DNA of 64,000 bases from NCBI GenBank assembly GCA_050290185.1, contig JBNKHE010000001.1, positions 162,713 to 226,712 of the forward strand, written 5' to 3'. Shown here one piece after another: positions 10,199-20,012 of this stretch. The notes below the pieces were generated by a model. It made no database searches. It was given only the letters and a program-made list of their open reading frames with translations, and was not told where the DNA came from. This DNA comes from Pontiella sp. Its GTDB lineage: Bacteria > Verrucomicrobiota > Kiritimatiellia > Kiritimatiellales > Pontiellaceae. Made by a program: the position numbers and the translations under genes. Numbering within the stretch: the stretch's first letter is position 1; each line of letters begins with the position of its first letter.

Positions 10199-11641
10199 TT
10201 ATGACTTTGGCTTGAGCTGCGGGAAGAGGATGACGTCGCGGATGGCGTCGGAGCCCGTCAGCAACATGAGCAAGCGGTCGATGCCGATGCCCATTCCACC
10301 CGTCGGAGGCATACCGTATTCCAGCGCGGCCAGGAAGTCCTCATCAATCTTTGATCCATCCCCTGCGGCCTGTTCCTCGAAACGCTTGCGCTGTTCGAGC
10401 GGATTGTTCAGCTCGCTGTAGGCCGGAGCAATTTCCTTGCCGCCGATGATCAGTTCGAAGACGTCGACCAGCTCGGGGTCGTCGGAACAATGATTGGCCA
10501 GCGGAACGAGTTCCTTCGGCAGACGGGTGATGAAGGTCGGCTGGATGAGCGTGCCTTCGATGGTCTTGTCGTAGATTTCGTGCGTGACCTGCTTGAAGTC
10601 CATCCCCTGCTCCACATGCACATCCAGCTCTTCGGCCTTGGCTACAGCCTCTTCCAGGCTCTTATCGAACCAGTCGTCGCCGAGGTGCTCCTGGATAAGG
10701 TCATAGTAAGGTACTTCGCGCCACGGGGCCTGCAGGCTGATGGTGTTGCCCATCCATTCGAATTCCATTTTGCCGAAGATCGTTTCGGCGAGATGCATGA
10801 ACATGCTCTGAATCAGCTCCTGCATGGTGCGCATATCGCCGAAGGCCTGATAAATTTCCAACGCTGTAAATTCGGGATTATGCGTGCGGTCGAGCCCTTC
10901 GTTGCGGAAGTTGCGGTTCATTTCGTAGACGCGGTCCATGCCGCCAACGATCAGGCGCTTTAGGTAGAGTTCGGGCGCGATGCGCATGAAGACATCGACG
11001 TTCAGCGCATTGTAATGTGCCTTGAACGGCTTGGCCGCCGCGCCGCCGGCAATCTGCTGGAGCATCGGTGTTTCGACTTCGTAGTAGCCACGCGCATCGA
11101 GGAAGTTGCGGATTTCCCGCATCACCTGCGTACGTTTCTTAAAGACATCCATCACTTCCGGATTAGAGATCAGGTCGAGCGAACGCTGGCGGTAGCGGGT
11201 TTCCACATCCTGCAAACCATGAAACTTTTCCGGCAACGGCAGCAGCGCTTTGGAGAGCAGCGTCCAGCTATTGATGCGGACGGTTTGCTCTTCGGTGCGC
11301 GTAATGAACAGTTCCCCTTCCGCGCCGATAATGTCACCGAGGTCGAGTAGCTTGAAGGCATCGAAAATCTCATCGCCCATCACATCTTTCTTCACCATGA
11401 GCTGGAACTTGGCGGAACCATCGGAAATATGCGCAAAGGCCATCTTGCCCATCTTACGCATGGCCACGATGCGGCCACAGGCCTTGACCACCTTGCCCTC
11501 CTCGAAGGAAGCGTGCAACTCGTCCAGCCGTGCGGTACGCTCAAAGGCCTTGCCGAAGGCTGGAAAGCCGGCTTCTTCGAGCTTCTCCATATTCTGGATG
11601 CGCTGCTGACGGTACTCATTGGTAGACAGTTCTTCACTCAT
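10199..11641 (-). CDS. lysS: Lysine--tRNA ligase, class II
   Basis: Motifs RYRQRSLDL, RIAPELYLKRL, FRNEG, HNPEFT and YGMPPTGGMGIGIDRL. Confidence 0.97.
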   Translation of the reverse strand: MSEELSTNEYRQQRIQNMEKLEEAGFPAFGKAFERTARLDELHASFEEGKVVKACGRIVAMRKMGKMAFAHISDGSAKFQLMVKKDVMGDEIFDAFKLLDLGDIIGAEGELFITRTEEQTVRINSWTLLSKALLPLPEKFHGLQDVETRYRQRSLDLISNPEVMDVFKKRTQVMREIRNFLDARGYYEVETPMLQQIAGGAAAKPFKAHYNALNVDVFMRIAPELYLKRLIVGGMDRVYEMNRNFRNEGLDRTHNPEFTALEIYQAFGDMRTMQELIQSMFMHLAETIFGKMEFEWMGNTISLQAPWREVPYYDLIQEHLGDDWFDKSLEEAVAKAEELDVHVEQGMDFKQVTHEIYDKTIEGTLIQPTFITRLPKELVPLANHCSDDPELVDVFELIIGGKEIAPAYSELNNPLEQRKRFEEQAAGDGSKIDEDFLAALEYGMPPTGGMGIGIDRLLMLLTGSDAIRDVILFPQLKPKS

Positions 11642-11726
11642 GATTTTCTCCTGAAAAATTGGCGGCAAACCATAGGGATTCGTTACCGGCAAGTCAACCC
11701 GCCACTAAGCCGTACACCGGGATGTT

Positions 11727-11800
11727 TTATCACAGAGGACGCAGAGAGCATGGAGGAAGACTACTAAGATCGGCTCCTCTGAGACCTCTGTGGTGAATAA
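11727..11800. repeat. Imperfect inverted repeat built from ~9-nt CACAGAG-like units
   Basis: CACAGAGGAC GCAGAGAGC ... CTCTGAGAC CTCTGTG, between tsaD and lysS. Confidence 0.5.
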
Positions 11801-12856
11801 TTAAACCCAGTCGGCGAGGCGGAGGTTGGGATTGACGTCAACCGGTTCCGGTCCGGGTTTGCCCAGACGGTATTTTTCATAGGCCACACCGGCAATCATG
11901 GCGGCGTTGTCGGTGCAATAAGCCGGCGGACAGAGAAGCAGTGCATCGCCCGTTTTCTGCGAGAGATCGGCCAGTTTTTGTCGGAGCACCTTGTTCATGG
12001 ATACACCACCCGCGCAGGCAAAGCTCTTGATCGGAAAACGCTTCAAAGCGCGCTCAACCCGTGTGGCCAACGCATCGCAGACGGCTTCCTGATAGCTGGC
12101 GGCGATATCACGCAACTCGTCGCCCTCGGGCACATGGTCGAGGTTTTTGACGTGGGTGAGCAGCGAGGTCTTAAGCCCGCTGAAGCTGAAGCATAGATCG
12201 CGGTCGTACTTATAGATCCACTTGCCGCGGTCGACGCTGTCCAGTCCGCGCGGGAAGCGAATGTAGTTCGGATCGCCACCTTCGGCCGTTTTCTGAATGA
12301 TCGGTCCGCCCGGATAACCGAGCTGCAGCACGGCAGCGGCCTTGTCGAGCGCCTCCCCTGCGGCATCGTCGATAGTACTTCCAAGCAGCTCATACTGTCC
12401 GGGCCCCTTCATCACCACCAGACTCGTGTCACCGCCGGAAACCATCAGCCCCAGCAAGGGGAACGCTTCGGCCTCGGTCGGGGCATCCTCCTTCATGAAG
12501 ACGGAATGCAGGTGGCCTTCGTGGTGATTGACGCCGATCAACGGTTTATTCAACCGTTGCGACAGCGTCTTGGCGGCGGAATAGCCTATGAGCAGCGAAC
12601 TGGCCAGGCCGGGACCGTAGGTAACAGCAATGGCATCGATTGATGCGTAGGTTTCGCCCGCCGTATCCAGAGCCTCCTGGATGATTCCGGGAAGCTTGGC
12701 CACATGGTTGCGCGAAGCGATTTCTGGCACGACCCCGCCATAGGGCCGGTGCTTGGCGATCTGGGAGTAGATGGCGTTGGACAGCACATTGCGCCCGTCT
12801 TCCACAACGGCAGCTGCGGTTTCATCACACGAGGTTTCGATGCCCAGAATTTTCAT
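11801..12856 (-). CDS. tsaD: tRNA threonylcarbamoyladenosine transferase TsaD
   Basis: Motifs ILGIETSCDET, GGVVPEIASRNH, HHEGH, DDAAGEA, FSFSGLK and TDNAAMIA. Confidence 0.96.
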   Translation of the reverse strand: MKILGIETSCDETAAAVVEDGRNVLSNAIYSQIAKHRPYGGVVPEIASRNHVAKLPGIIQEALDTAGETYASIDAIAVTYGPGLASSLLIGYSAAKTLSQRLNKPLIGVNHHEGHLHSVFMKEDAPTEAEAFPLLGLMVSGGDTSLVVMKGPGQYELLGSTIDDAAGEALDKAAAVLQLGYPGGPIIQKTAEGGDPNYIRFPRGLDSVDRGKWIYKYDRDLCFSFSGLKTSLLTHVKNLDHVPEGDELRDIAASYQEAVCDALATRVERALKRFPIKSFACAGGVSMNKVLRQKLADLSQKTGDALLLCPPAYCTDNAAMIAGVAYEKYRLGKPGPEPVDVNPNLRLADWV

Positions 12857-13034
12857 GGCGCATATAAAACGGGGCTGATCCAATTAGAGCAACCATTATT
12901 TTGGAATACATGGGGCATAAAGAGGAAGAGAAGGTCTGGCCGAGGAAGCACAAGAGAAGCATTCGTTTGTCCGGATGATCATCTTGAAGCTCTGTTGAGG
13001 ACATTCTTTGATCTGCTTATGCTTTTGCCGGATC

Positions 13035-13068
13035 AAAAAAAGGGCCTGAATTAATAATTCAAGCCCCG
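13035..13068 (-). terminator. Probable intrinsic terminator of the LPP20 gene
   Basis: A7 tract plus hairpin GGGCCTGAATT-AAT-AATTCAAGCCC. Confidence 0.55.
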
Positions 13069-13091
13069 TTTCCCTTTTCAAAGGAAGGGTT

Positions 13092-13667
13092 CTACATACC
13101 GAGCATGCCTTGCCGTTCGGCTTCGTCGAATTCCTTGATCTCCTTGTCGAGCTCATCAAAGGCTTTGGAGGCGCGGAAGCGCTCGTAGAGATGCTTGGCG
13201 TTACTGTTTTTAAGCGATTCATCAATAATATCGGGATTGAGCACCATCAGAACATAAGCGGTCGTAACCCCCGCCTTGGTGTCGTATTTCTGGATCTTGG
13301 GACGGGTGCCCTGCAGCGTCTGGGAGGTGATCTGCTTGGTAGCCGAACTAAACAGTTCATTCATTTCGGAGCTTTCCGCATCGCCGACTTCTTCCACGAA
13401 CGCCTTTTCGAGGTTCTCTATCTTGACCTGAACCAGCTGCGCCAGATTCTTACGCGCGTCCAGTTTGGCTTTGGCCAAGGCCACATCCGGCTTTCGGGAC
13501 TCGCCCATGCCCACGGCCGCCATGCCGCCTTTGTCGCCGATTTCTCCAACCTTCGCCTGAAGAACATCAAACATGGTTTCATCAGAATCCACCGGCGGCG
13601 TGGACTTGCATCCGGTAAAACCGATGCATACCGCCAGAGAAAATAGACCTAGAATTGTGCGTTTCAT
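13092..13667 (-). CDS. LPP20-family lipoprotein
   Basis: Lipobox FTGC and AVGMG...A..KA..DAR..LA..V.VKI pattern. Confidence 0.7.
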   Translation of the reverse strand: MKRTILGLFSLAVCIGFTGCKSTPPVDSDETMFDVLQAKVGEIGDKGGMAAVGMGESRKPDVALAKAKLDARKNLAQLVQVKIENLEKAFVEEVGDAESSEMNELFSSATKQITSQTLQGTRPKIQKYDTKAGVTTAYVLMVLNPDIIDESLKNSNAKHLYERFRASKAFDELDKEIKEFDEAERQGMLGM

Positions 13668-13887
13668 TTCAACCTCCTGTTAAGCTTACCGCATCCTCGG
13701 AACACCCGTTCCGCAACTCTCACAATGTGCAGAGATTATCCAAAGAACGGAAAGCCTCCGCAATGTTTTTCTGAAAACAACTGATTTGGGTGAAACATTC
13801 CATTTCAGCAGGAACACCTAGGCTTGATCCCGCTCCAATGGAAGTGGTATCTCTCTAGCTTCATAACCGCCAAAGGGGGATTCTGCG

Positions 13888-14991
13888 ATGCTGCACCACA
13901 TTCCATTCGACGACATGGAGCATTTCATGATCGATGTTTTCAAAGGCATCGGCGTGCCCGGGGAGGATGCCCGGATCTGCGCGGATGTGCTTATCACTTC
14001 TGACAAGCGCGGAATCGACTCGCACGGGATCGGCCGGCTCAAACCGATCTATTACGACCGCATCGTCGAACAGAAGATCCAGCAGCCTGTCACCGAATTC
14101 GAAGTCGTGCGCGACCACCTCGCAACTGCGGTCGTCGACGGCCATCATGGCATGGGCATGGTCATCGCCAAACGCTGCATGCAGATGGCCATCGACAAGG
14201 CGAAACAGTATGGCATGGGCATGGTCGTGGCACGCAACTCCACTCACTACGGAATCGCCGGCTACTACCCGCTCATGGCCTGCCGGGAAAACATGATCGG
14301 ATTGACCGGGACCAACGCACGTCCATCCATTGCTCCAACGTTCGGTGTTGAAAACATGCTCGGCACCAACCCCGTCGTCTTTGGCTTCCCGACCGACGAG
14401 CCCTTTGATTTTGTCAACGACTACGCCACCTCGGTCATCCAGCGGGGAAAGATCGAGCAGTATGCCCGCGAAGGCAAAGACTGCCCCGAAGGGCTGATCA
14501 TTGGTCGCGACGGAAAGAGCAAGACCGACTCGGCGCAGATTCTCGAAGATCTGGTCAACGGCGAAGCCGCCCTCGCCCCGATCGGCGGTATCGGCGAGGA
14601 AACCGGGGGCTACAAGGGCTACGGCTTTGCGACCGTAAGCGAAATTCTTTCTGCCTCCCTGCAACAAGGGGCCTTTCTACATCAACTGACCAACAGGAAT
14701 GCCGACGGTACCCTTAAGCCCTACCAGCTTGGGCACTACTTCATGGCCATCGACGTCAAATGCTTCTGCGACCCCGCCGACTTCCGCAAACAGACGGGCG
14801 ATATCCTGCGCGCTCTGCGCAACTCGGCAAAAGCGCCGGGTGCCGAACGCATCTACACCTGCGGCGAAAAGGAATACCTCGCCGGCATCGAACGCGCCGA
14901 CTCCGGCGTTCCGGTCGGCGAGGCTCTGCAGAAAGATATGGTCGCCATGCGCGATCAGCTTGGACTGGACTACCACTGGGACTTTGAATGA
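13888..14991 (+). CDS. Ldh_2 (malate/L-lactate dehydrogenase type 2) family oxidoreductase
   Basis: Motifs RGIDSHG, VDGHHGMG, RNSTHYG, LGTNP and GYKGYG. Confidence 0.9.
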   Translation: MLHHIPFDDMEHFMIDVFKGIGVPGEDARICADVLITSDKRGIDSHGIGRLKPIYYDRIVEQKIQQPVTEFEVVRDHLATAVVDGHHGMGMVIAKRCMQMAIDKAKQYGMGMVVARNSTHYGIAGYYPLMACRENMIGLTGTNARPSIAPTFGVENMLGTNPVVFGFPTDEPFDFVNDYATSVIQRGKIEQYAREGKDCPEGLIIGRDGKSKTDSAQILEDLVNGEAALAPIGGIGEETGGYKGYGFATVSEILSASLQQGAFLHQLTNRNADGTLKPYQLGHYFMAIDVKCFCDPADFRKQTGDILRALRNSAKAPGAERIYTCGEKEYLAGIERADSGVPVGEALQKDMVAMRDQLGLDYHWDFE

Positions 14992-15006
14992 CCCGGAGAG
15001 CATTCC

Positions 15007-15249
15007 ATGGAACTCAAACTATCCGACCAGCAGAAGAAACAACTTTTGCAAAAAGTGGTCAGCATGTATCTCGACGTCTTCGATGAGGAGATCAGCGATT
15101 TCCGTGCGGAACAGATCCTCGCCGCGTTCACCGAAAACATCGCCCCCGCCATCTACAACATGGCGCTGGAGGATACAAAACAGTTCCTGACGAAGCAGAT
15201 CGACGACCTAGACGCCATCTACCATAAAGAAGAAACGTCGCCCACCTAA
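15007..15249 (+). CDS. DUF2164 family small protein
   Basis: 80-aa helical protein with F.AE..L..F...IAP.IYN.AL.D pattern. Confidence 0.75.
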   Translation: MELKLSDQQKKQLLQKVVSMYLDVFDEEISDFRAEQILAAFTENIAPAIYNMALEDTKQFLTKQIDDLDAIYHKEETSPT

Positions 15250-15466
15250 ACCGAAGCAGGAAGAACCCGTTAGCCTAAAGCTGAAACTGACGACTGTCGG
15301 AGCTGACTTCACCCTCAACATCAAATAAACGGTCAGTACCGGAGCTCTTCGGGACCGGACTTCCATGAGGTGAGAAGCCAGCCTTAGCACACACATTGTC
15401 TTCTTTTTTCCAAGACATTGGAAATAAATCCCCTATTTTAGGGGCTCTATAGCAAGGGGATGCAGA

Positions 15467-15868
15467 ATGTCCAAGGGGTTTCAGGGAAAGTTTCATCGGC
15501 AAAACATGCTTTCGCACTTTGCGAAGGATCTGGTACGCCGTTCGCGTTCGCATTGTGAACTGTGCGATAAACACGGCGTAAAGCTGGACGTCTACGAACT
15601 CCCCCCCCTTGATGAGGAACCCTTTCTCAACGGTTGCCTGTTTATCTGCGATGGCTGCAGAAAGCAGATCGTTGAACCCAAAAAGATGATCCCCTCCTAC
15701 TGGCGCTGCCTCAATAACGCCCTTTACTCGGAAGTTCCTGCGGCACAAGTGATGTCGTTCCGCATCTTAAAGCGCCTTGCCAAAACCGATCACCACTGGG
15801 CCAGGGAACTTCTGGAAAACGCTTATCTCGACCCGGATCTGGAAGCGTGGGCGAACGAAGCGGAATAA
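15467..15868 (+). CDS. PhnA-related zinc-binding protein (N-terminal part only)
   Basis: Motifs RRSRSHCELC, ICDGC, WRCLN..LYSEVPAAQV and WARELLE..YLD. Confidence 0.75.
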   Translation: MSKGFQGKFHRQNMLSHFAKDLVRRSRSHCELCDKHGVKLDVYELPPLDEEPFLNGCLFICDGCRKQIVEPKKMIPSYWRCLNNALYSEVPAAQVMSFRILKRLAKTDHHWARELLENAYLDPDLEAWANEAE

Positions 15869-15870
15869 TA

Positions 15871-16131
15871 GATCTGATAAAAGGGATTACAACCCTGGTC
15901 GGCTACACCCTCGCAACCCTGGCCATGGCACAGCCGATCGCCAATATGCCCAAAACACTCCAGTGACTGACCGATGCGATTCCCCTGCGTTATTTCCTGG
16001 TTGTCCTGCGCAGCGTATTTCTCGAAGGCGCGACGGCCGATCTGCTCATATCGCAATACTGGCCGATGGCCCTCATCGGGTGCGACTGCCTCTTCATGGC
16101 CTCGTTCCTCTTCCGCCGCCGGATCAGCTGA
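15871..16131 (+). pseudogene. Relic of an ABC-2 type permease (YbhR-like C-terminus)
   Basis: The frame reads PIANMPKTLQ*LTDAIPLRYFLVVLRSVFLEGATADLLISQYWPMALIG...LFRRRIS*, with an in-frame TGA at 15964 and most of the gene missing. Confidence 0.75.
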
Positions 16132-16143
16132 GCAAAACACCGG

Positions 16144-16602
16144 TCACGGATGGACAAAACGTTCCAGTGCCGGATCAATGGACCGGATCAGGCAGGCGGC
16201 AGGCGAGCCGGGTTCCATGAGTTCAAAGTCCTCGTACTCAAATCCGGGACCCACCGAGCAGCCAACCAGCACCGTGTCTCCCATGGGTCCGGCGGCCTGC
16301 CAAGCTCCGGCCGGAACCACGTGGCAGAAGCGGTCGTTCTCCGCGGATAGTTCATGGCATTCGGGCGGTGCATTCGTGCCGTCCCAGATATAGAGCCGGA
16401 GCCCTTCGCCCCGATACAGGTTCCAGATCTCGTCCGAGGCAACCCGGTGAAACCGGCTGACCTGCCGTCCCGTCAGCGAGTAGTAGATGTGCGTAAGGGC
16501 CGAACGGGTCCGCCCATCGCCGGTTACCACCGTTGCGCTGGACTTGAAAATCCTCCGAAAGCGTCCTCCTTCGGGGTGTTCCATGAGATCACTCGCTTGC
16601 AT
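16144..16602 (-). CDS. Cupin superfamily protein (DUF985 / Cupin_5)
   Basis: Motifs HPEGGRF, SRFHRVASDEIW, VVPAGAWQAA and LVGCSVGPGFEYEDF. Confidence 0.9.
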   Translation of the reverse strand: MQASDLMEHPEGGRFRRIFKSSATVVTGDGRTRSALTHIYYSLTGRQVSRFHRVASDEIWNLYRGEGLRLYIWDGTNAPPECHELSAENDRFCHVVPAGAWQAAGPMGDTVLVGCSVGPGFEYEDFELMEPGSPAACLIRSIDPALERFVHP

Positions 16603-16660
16603 ATCATTATCCGGTTGTGCCTGGTGGGCTTCTCATGCGGTTGGGCCTTCTTCGTCGGTT

Positions 16661-17098
16661 CTATCCGAAAATATGGGCAAATTGACCACCGAGCTGGGCT
16701 CCGTCTACTTTGACGGCATCAAGCAACAACTTCTCATCCCCTTTCAGAACAACGGTACTGCAATAGGCAACCGAAAACTCATCCCGGCTCTCGGCGTGGA
16801 CGAACAGCATGTCGGCTTCGTCGGCGCTGTCCATATTCCGGGCGGTGGCTTCTGCAATATGAATGAAGGCGTAGCCGTTTCTCTCCGCGAGCATATTCTT
16901 CAGCTCTCGCACAATATCATCCTTGTCCATTCCAGCAACCGGAACCACCTTCATTAACCCCTCGTCACCAAAAATGAAGAAAATTTCGACATGGGTGCCG
17001 GCTTCGAGAAACTGGCGTCTGGCCTCTTCATTGAGCATCTCGATCCACGCGTTAAGCGAGCTCTGCTTGTTCTGGCGGTCCCATTCGGGTGGTGTCAT
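16661..17098 (-). CDS. Hypothetical protein
   Basis: Globular-looking ORF from ATG 17098 with SD-like AGGA; in series with its minus-strand neighbours. Confidence 0.6.
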   Translation of the reverse strand: MTPPEWDRQNKQSSLNAWIEMLNEEARRQFLEAGTHVEIFFIFGDEGLMKVVPVAGMDKDDIVRELKNMLAERNGYAFIHIAEATARNMDSADEADMLFVHAESRDEFSVAYCSTVVLKGDEKLLLDAVKVDGAQLGGQFAHIFG

Positions 17099-17120
17099 GT
17101 GAATTCCTGAATTTGGCCGT

Positions 17121-17552
17121 TCAATCCGGCTTCGGTGTATAGAGCAGAAAAACATGGGTTGGGCCGGATGAGCCCTGCACGCCGCGGATTTCGACCGTCT
17201 CCCCTTCGTGCGAAGCCATAATCCGGAATGACTGTCGGCCCATCTCCATCGTATCGGTATTCCATTGATGGGCAAACAGCTGATCGTTGAACCGGCTTCG
17301 GACATCCACCAGGGGAAGTTTCGCCGTCATGCCGGCACCAATCAAATGCGTGCGGGGAATGTGACCGTGGTCCTGCAACTCAAATTCATCCATCAGGAAA
17401 TAGTCCGGGAACAGAATGATATCGCGGCTTCCCGTCAGTTCCTGATCGGTAATGGGCGCGTTATCCAGATAGAATTTTTTAGGCGCGTTGTGGGCGCATC
17501 CGGCCAGTAAAGCCGCAACACAACATATCAAACCAATTAATCGCATCTTCAT
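17121..17552 (-). CDS. Hypothetical lipoprotein
   Basis: Signal peptide with lipobox LAGC. Confidence 0.7.
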   Translation of the reverse strand: MKMRLIGLICCVAALLAGCAHNAPKKFYLDNAPITDQELTGSRDIILFPDYFLMDEFELQDHGHIPRTHLIGAGMTAKLPLVDVRSRFNDQLFAHQWNTDTMEMGRQSFRIMASHEGETVEIRGVQGSSGPTHVFLLYTPKPD

Positions 17553-17662
17553 CCCTGCTCCATCGTTTCCTGACCCGGAAATTGAAGAGGGAATTTAAAT
17601 GAAAAAAGCGCGCGAAACAAGGATGGCCTTGCTCCAACGCGCCCATCGATGAATAGACAACT

Positions 17663-18334
17663 CTACTTTTCGGCAATGTCGCAGATGTTGCAGGTACGGC
17701 AATCCATGCCCGGCGGCGTATAGGTCTTGCCTTCCCGCTGGGCTTTACGGATTTCCTGCGCGTTTTTAGCCGCAAGAAAGAGCCCCAGAATAATGAATGC
17801 GCCGGGAGCGGAAGTCATCAGCATGAAGTCGACGGACCAACCGGAGATCAACTTGACCTCGAAAAGCGATCCACTGGCCAGAAACTCGCGGGTGCCGCCG
17901 AGAGCAACGAGCGCAAGGGTAAAGCCCAGCCCCATGCCTAGACCGTCAAACATGGATCTGACGATCCCGTTCTTGGAGGCAAACGCTTCGGCACGCCCCA
18001 GCACAATGCAGTTCACCACGATGAGCGGGATGAAAATGCCCAGCGCGTCATAAAGCGCCGGCGGAGCATACGCCTGCATTTCAAGATCGACGATCGTTAC
18101 AAAGGTCGCAATGACGACAATGTAAACCGGGATGCGGATCTTTTTCGGCACGATGTTCCGGATCAGCGAAATAACGAGGTTGCTGCACAATAGCACGCAC
18201 ATCGTTGCCAGCCCCATGCCAAGCCCGTTGGTGGCGCTGGAGGTCACAGCCAGTGTCGGGCACATTCCGAGTAGCAGTACCAGTACCGGGTTTTCCTTCC
18301 AGAGGCCTTTGCTAAATTCCTTCATCACGCTCAT
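17663..18334 (-). CDS. rnfE: Rnf electron transport complex subunit E
   Basis: Motifs LGMCPTLAVT and FIPLIVVNCIVLGRAEAFA. Confidence 0.95.
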   Translation of the reverse strand: MSVMKEFSKGLWKENPVLVLLLGMCPTLAVTSSATNGLGMGLATMCVLLCSNLVISLIRNIVPKKIRIPVYIVVIATFVTIVDLEMQAYAPPALYDALGIFIPLIVVNCIVLGRAEAFASKNGIVRSMFDGLGMGLGFTLALVALGGTREFLASGSLFEVKLISGWSVDFMLMTSAPGAFIILGLFLAAKNAQEIRKAQREGKTYTPPGMDCRTCNICDIAEK

Positions 18335-18993
18335 TGTTCGGCTCCCGTCTCAAGTTCTTCCAAATGGTCAACGGCCGTCTGGCTCACGGCATAGACCGCT
18401 CCGCATACGGCGCGGCTGGTAATGGTGGCCCCGGTTTTGGCATCGACGTCGCCGCCGTCCTTCACCACGGCCCAAGCCTTGCCATCCGCCTTTTTCCCAT
18501 CGTACTGATCAAGGAAACGGTTAGGAGGCAGACCGGTCAGCTCCGAAGCGCCCTTGATCACATCCATGATCGTCTTCTTGACCTTGCGATCGGTAATTGC
18601 CGTTCCCAGACCGGGCGTTTCCGTCTGCTTTGTCACGATCACCTTGCGCACGGAGCCGTCGGCGTTGAGCCCGACCATGGCGGTTACGTCGCCGGAAAAC
18701 CCTTCAGGAGTAACCACTTCTCCGGCGTAGCCAACGATCTCACCATCCTTGCGGCCGATATAAAACGTGACCTTCCAGCCTTCAGTAGAATTGATATCCT
18801 TCGTTTCCGCACCCGGCACGTTGTCGAATGCCGGAAGCACCTGCTCGAGAGCCTCGTTGGTTTTCTTTTGCTGATTGACGGAAATGGCTTCGGCCGTAGA
18901 ACTGTATACGAGTGCAAGCAATCCGGATGCGACCGCGGCCACGAGGCCGAGGAAAATACCCAGCTTGGGAATATTGATTTTCTGCGTGCTCAT
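18331..18993 (-). CDS. rnfG: Rnf electron transport complex subunit G
   Basis: ETPGLG and FMN-binding site TGATITS. Confidence 0.93.
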   Translation of the reverse strand: MSTQKINIPKLGIFLGLVAAVASGLLALVYSSTAEAISVNQQKKTNEALEQVLPAFDNVPGAETKDINSTEGWKVTFYIGRKDGEIVGYAGEVVTPEGFSGDVTAMVGLNADGSVRKVIVTKQTETPGLGTAITDRKVKKTIMDVIKGASELTGLPPNRFLDQYDGKKADGKAWAVVKDGGDVDAKTGATITSRAVCGAVYAVSQTAVDHLEELETGAEQ

Positions 18994-19997
18994 TATGCCA
19001 CCTGTCCTTTCCCCGGCGCCACGTAGCCGAACGGCTTCTGCATCGTCATGCGGTCAATCAGCGGCACCAGCGCATTCATGAACAAAATCGAGAAGCTGAC
19101 GCCTTCGGGATAACTGCCGAACAGACGGATCATGCTGGTCATCACCCCGCAGCCCAGACCGAAGATCAGCGCGCCCTTTTTCGTCATCGGCGAGGTCACC
19201 ATATCAGTGGCCATGAAAAAGGCCCCCAGCAGCAGACCGCCGGACAGCACATGCACGACTGGTGAATGGAATTTCGTCGGATCAACCCAGTGGGCAATTC
19301 CGGTGATCACGGCGACGGAACCGATGAAGGCCACCGGTACTTCCCATTTGATCAGCTTGAACACCAGCAGGATGGCGCCGCCCACCAGTAGAGCAATCGC
19401 CGAGGTTTCCCCCAGGCAGCCGCCTGTATTGCCGATAAGCATGTCCTTGATTTCAACCAGACCGGGCGCCATGCCCAGCGGCGTGGCGGTGGACACGGCA
19501 TCGACAGCCAGTTGCCCCGCCTGCGGCTGGTTCCACGTGGTCATGATTTCCGGCAGACCGATCAACAGGCCGACGCGCGCCACCAGCGCGGGATTAAAGG
19601 GATTGTAGCCCAGCCCGCCGAACAGCTGCTTGGCCAGAATGATCGCCAAAAAGCCGCCGATAATGCAGACCCACCACGGAACACCGGCATTCAGGTTCAT
19701 GCCCAGCAGGATCCCGGTAATGATGGCGCTGCCATCCTTCCAGCTCGACGGACGCTTGAGCAACTTGTTCCAAAGCTCCTCAAACACCACGCACGAAACC
19801 GTGCTCAGCAGCAGAACCTTGAGGGCGGCAAAACCGAAAAACCAGATCCCGGCGATACAGGCCGGCAGCATGGCCGCCACGACCGTGAACATGATTTTCC
19901 GGATGTTATCCCCGGACCGCATGTGCGGCGAATTACTGACGATCAGCTTGGCCGGATCAGGCAGTCGAATGGATGGTGTTGATTCTTGTTCTGACAT
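18993..19997 (-). CDS. rnfD: Rnf electron transport complex subunit D
   Basis: Motifs KQLFGGLGYNPFNPA, STATPL, GETS and FFMATD. Confidence 0.95.
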   Translation of the reverse strand: MSEQESTPSIRLPDPAKLIVSNSPHMRSGDNIRKIMFTVVAAMLPACIAGIWFFGFAALKVLLLSTVSCVVFEELWNKLLKRPSSWKDGSAIITGILLGMNLNAGVPWWVCIIGGFLAIILAKQLFGGLGYNPFNPALVARVGLLIGLPEIMTTWNQPQAGQLAVDAVSTATPLGMAPGLVEIKDMLIGNTGGCLGETSAIALLVGGAILLVFKLIKWEVPVAFIGSVAVITGIAHWVDPTKFHSPVVHVLSGGLLLGAFFMATDMVTSPMTKKGALIFGLGCGVMTSMIRLFGSYPEGVSFSILFMNALVPLIDRMTMQKPFGYVAPGKGQVA

Positions 19998-20012
19998 AGG
20001 TTCCGCCTTTGA

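Noticed and set aside
15281..15295. GAAA and CTGACGA as a hammerhead ribozyme core
   Set aside because: The two motifs abut with no intervening stems, which is incompatible with hammerhead topology.
15406..15424. Short palindrome TTTCCAA-GACA-TTGGAAA as an operator
   Set aside because: Only one clear copy in the window, so it cannot be told apart from a dispersed repeat or chance.
15964..15966. In-frame TGA as selenocysteine or recoding
   Set aside because: It falls in a truncated permease fragment at a non-catalytic position, and other genes here use TGA as a normal stop.
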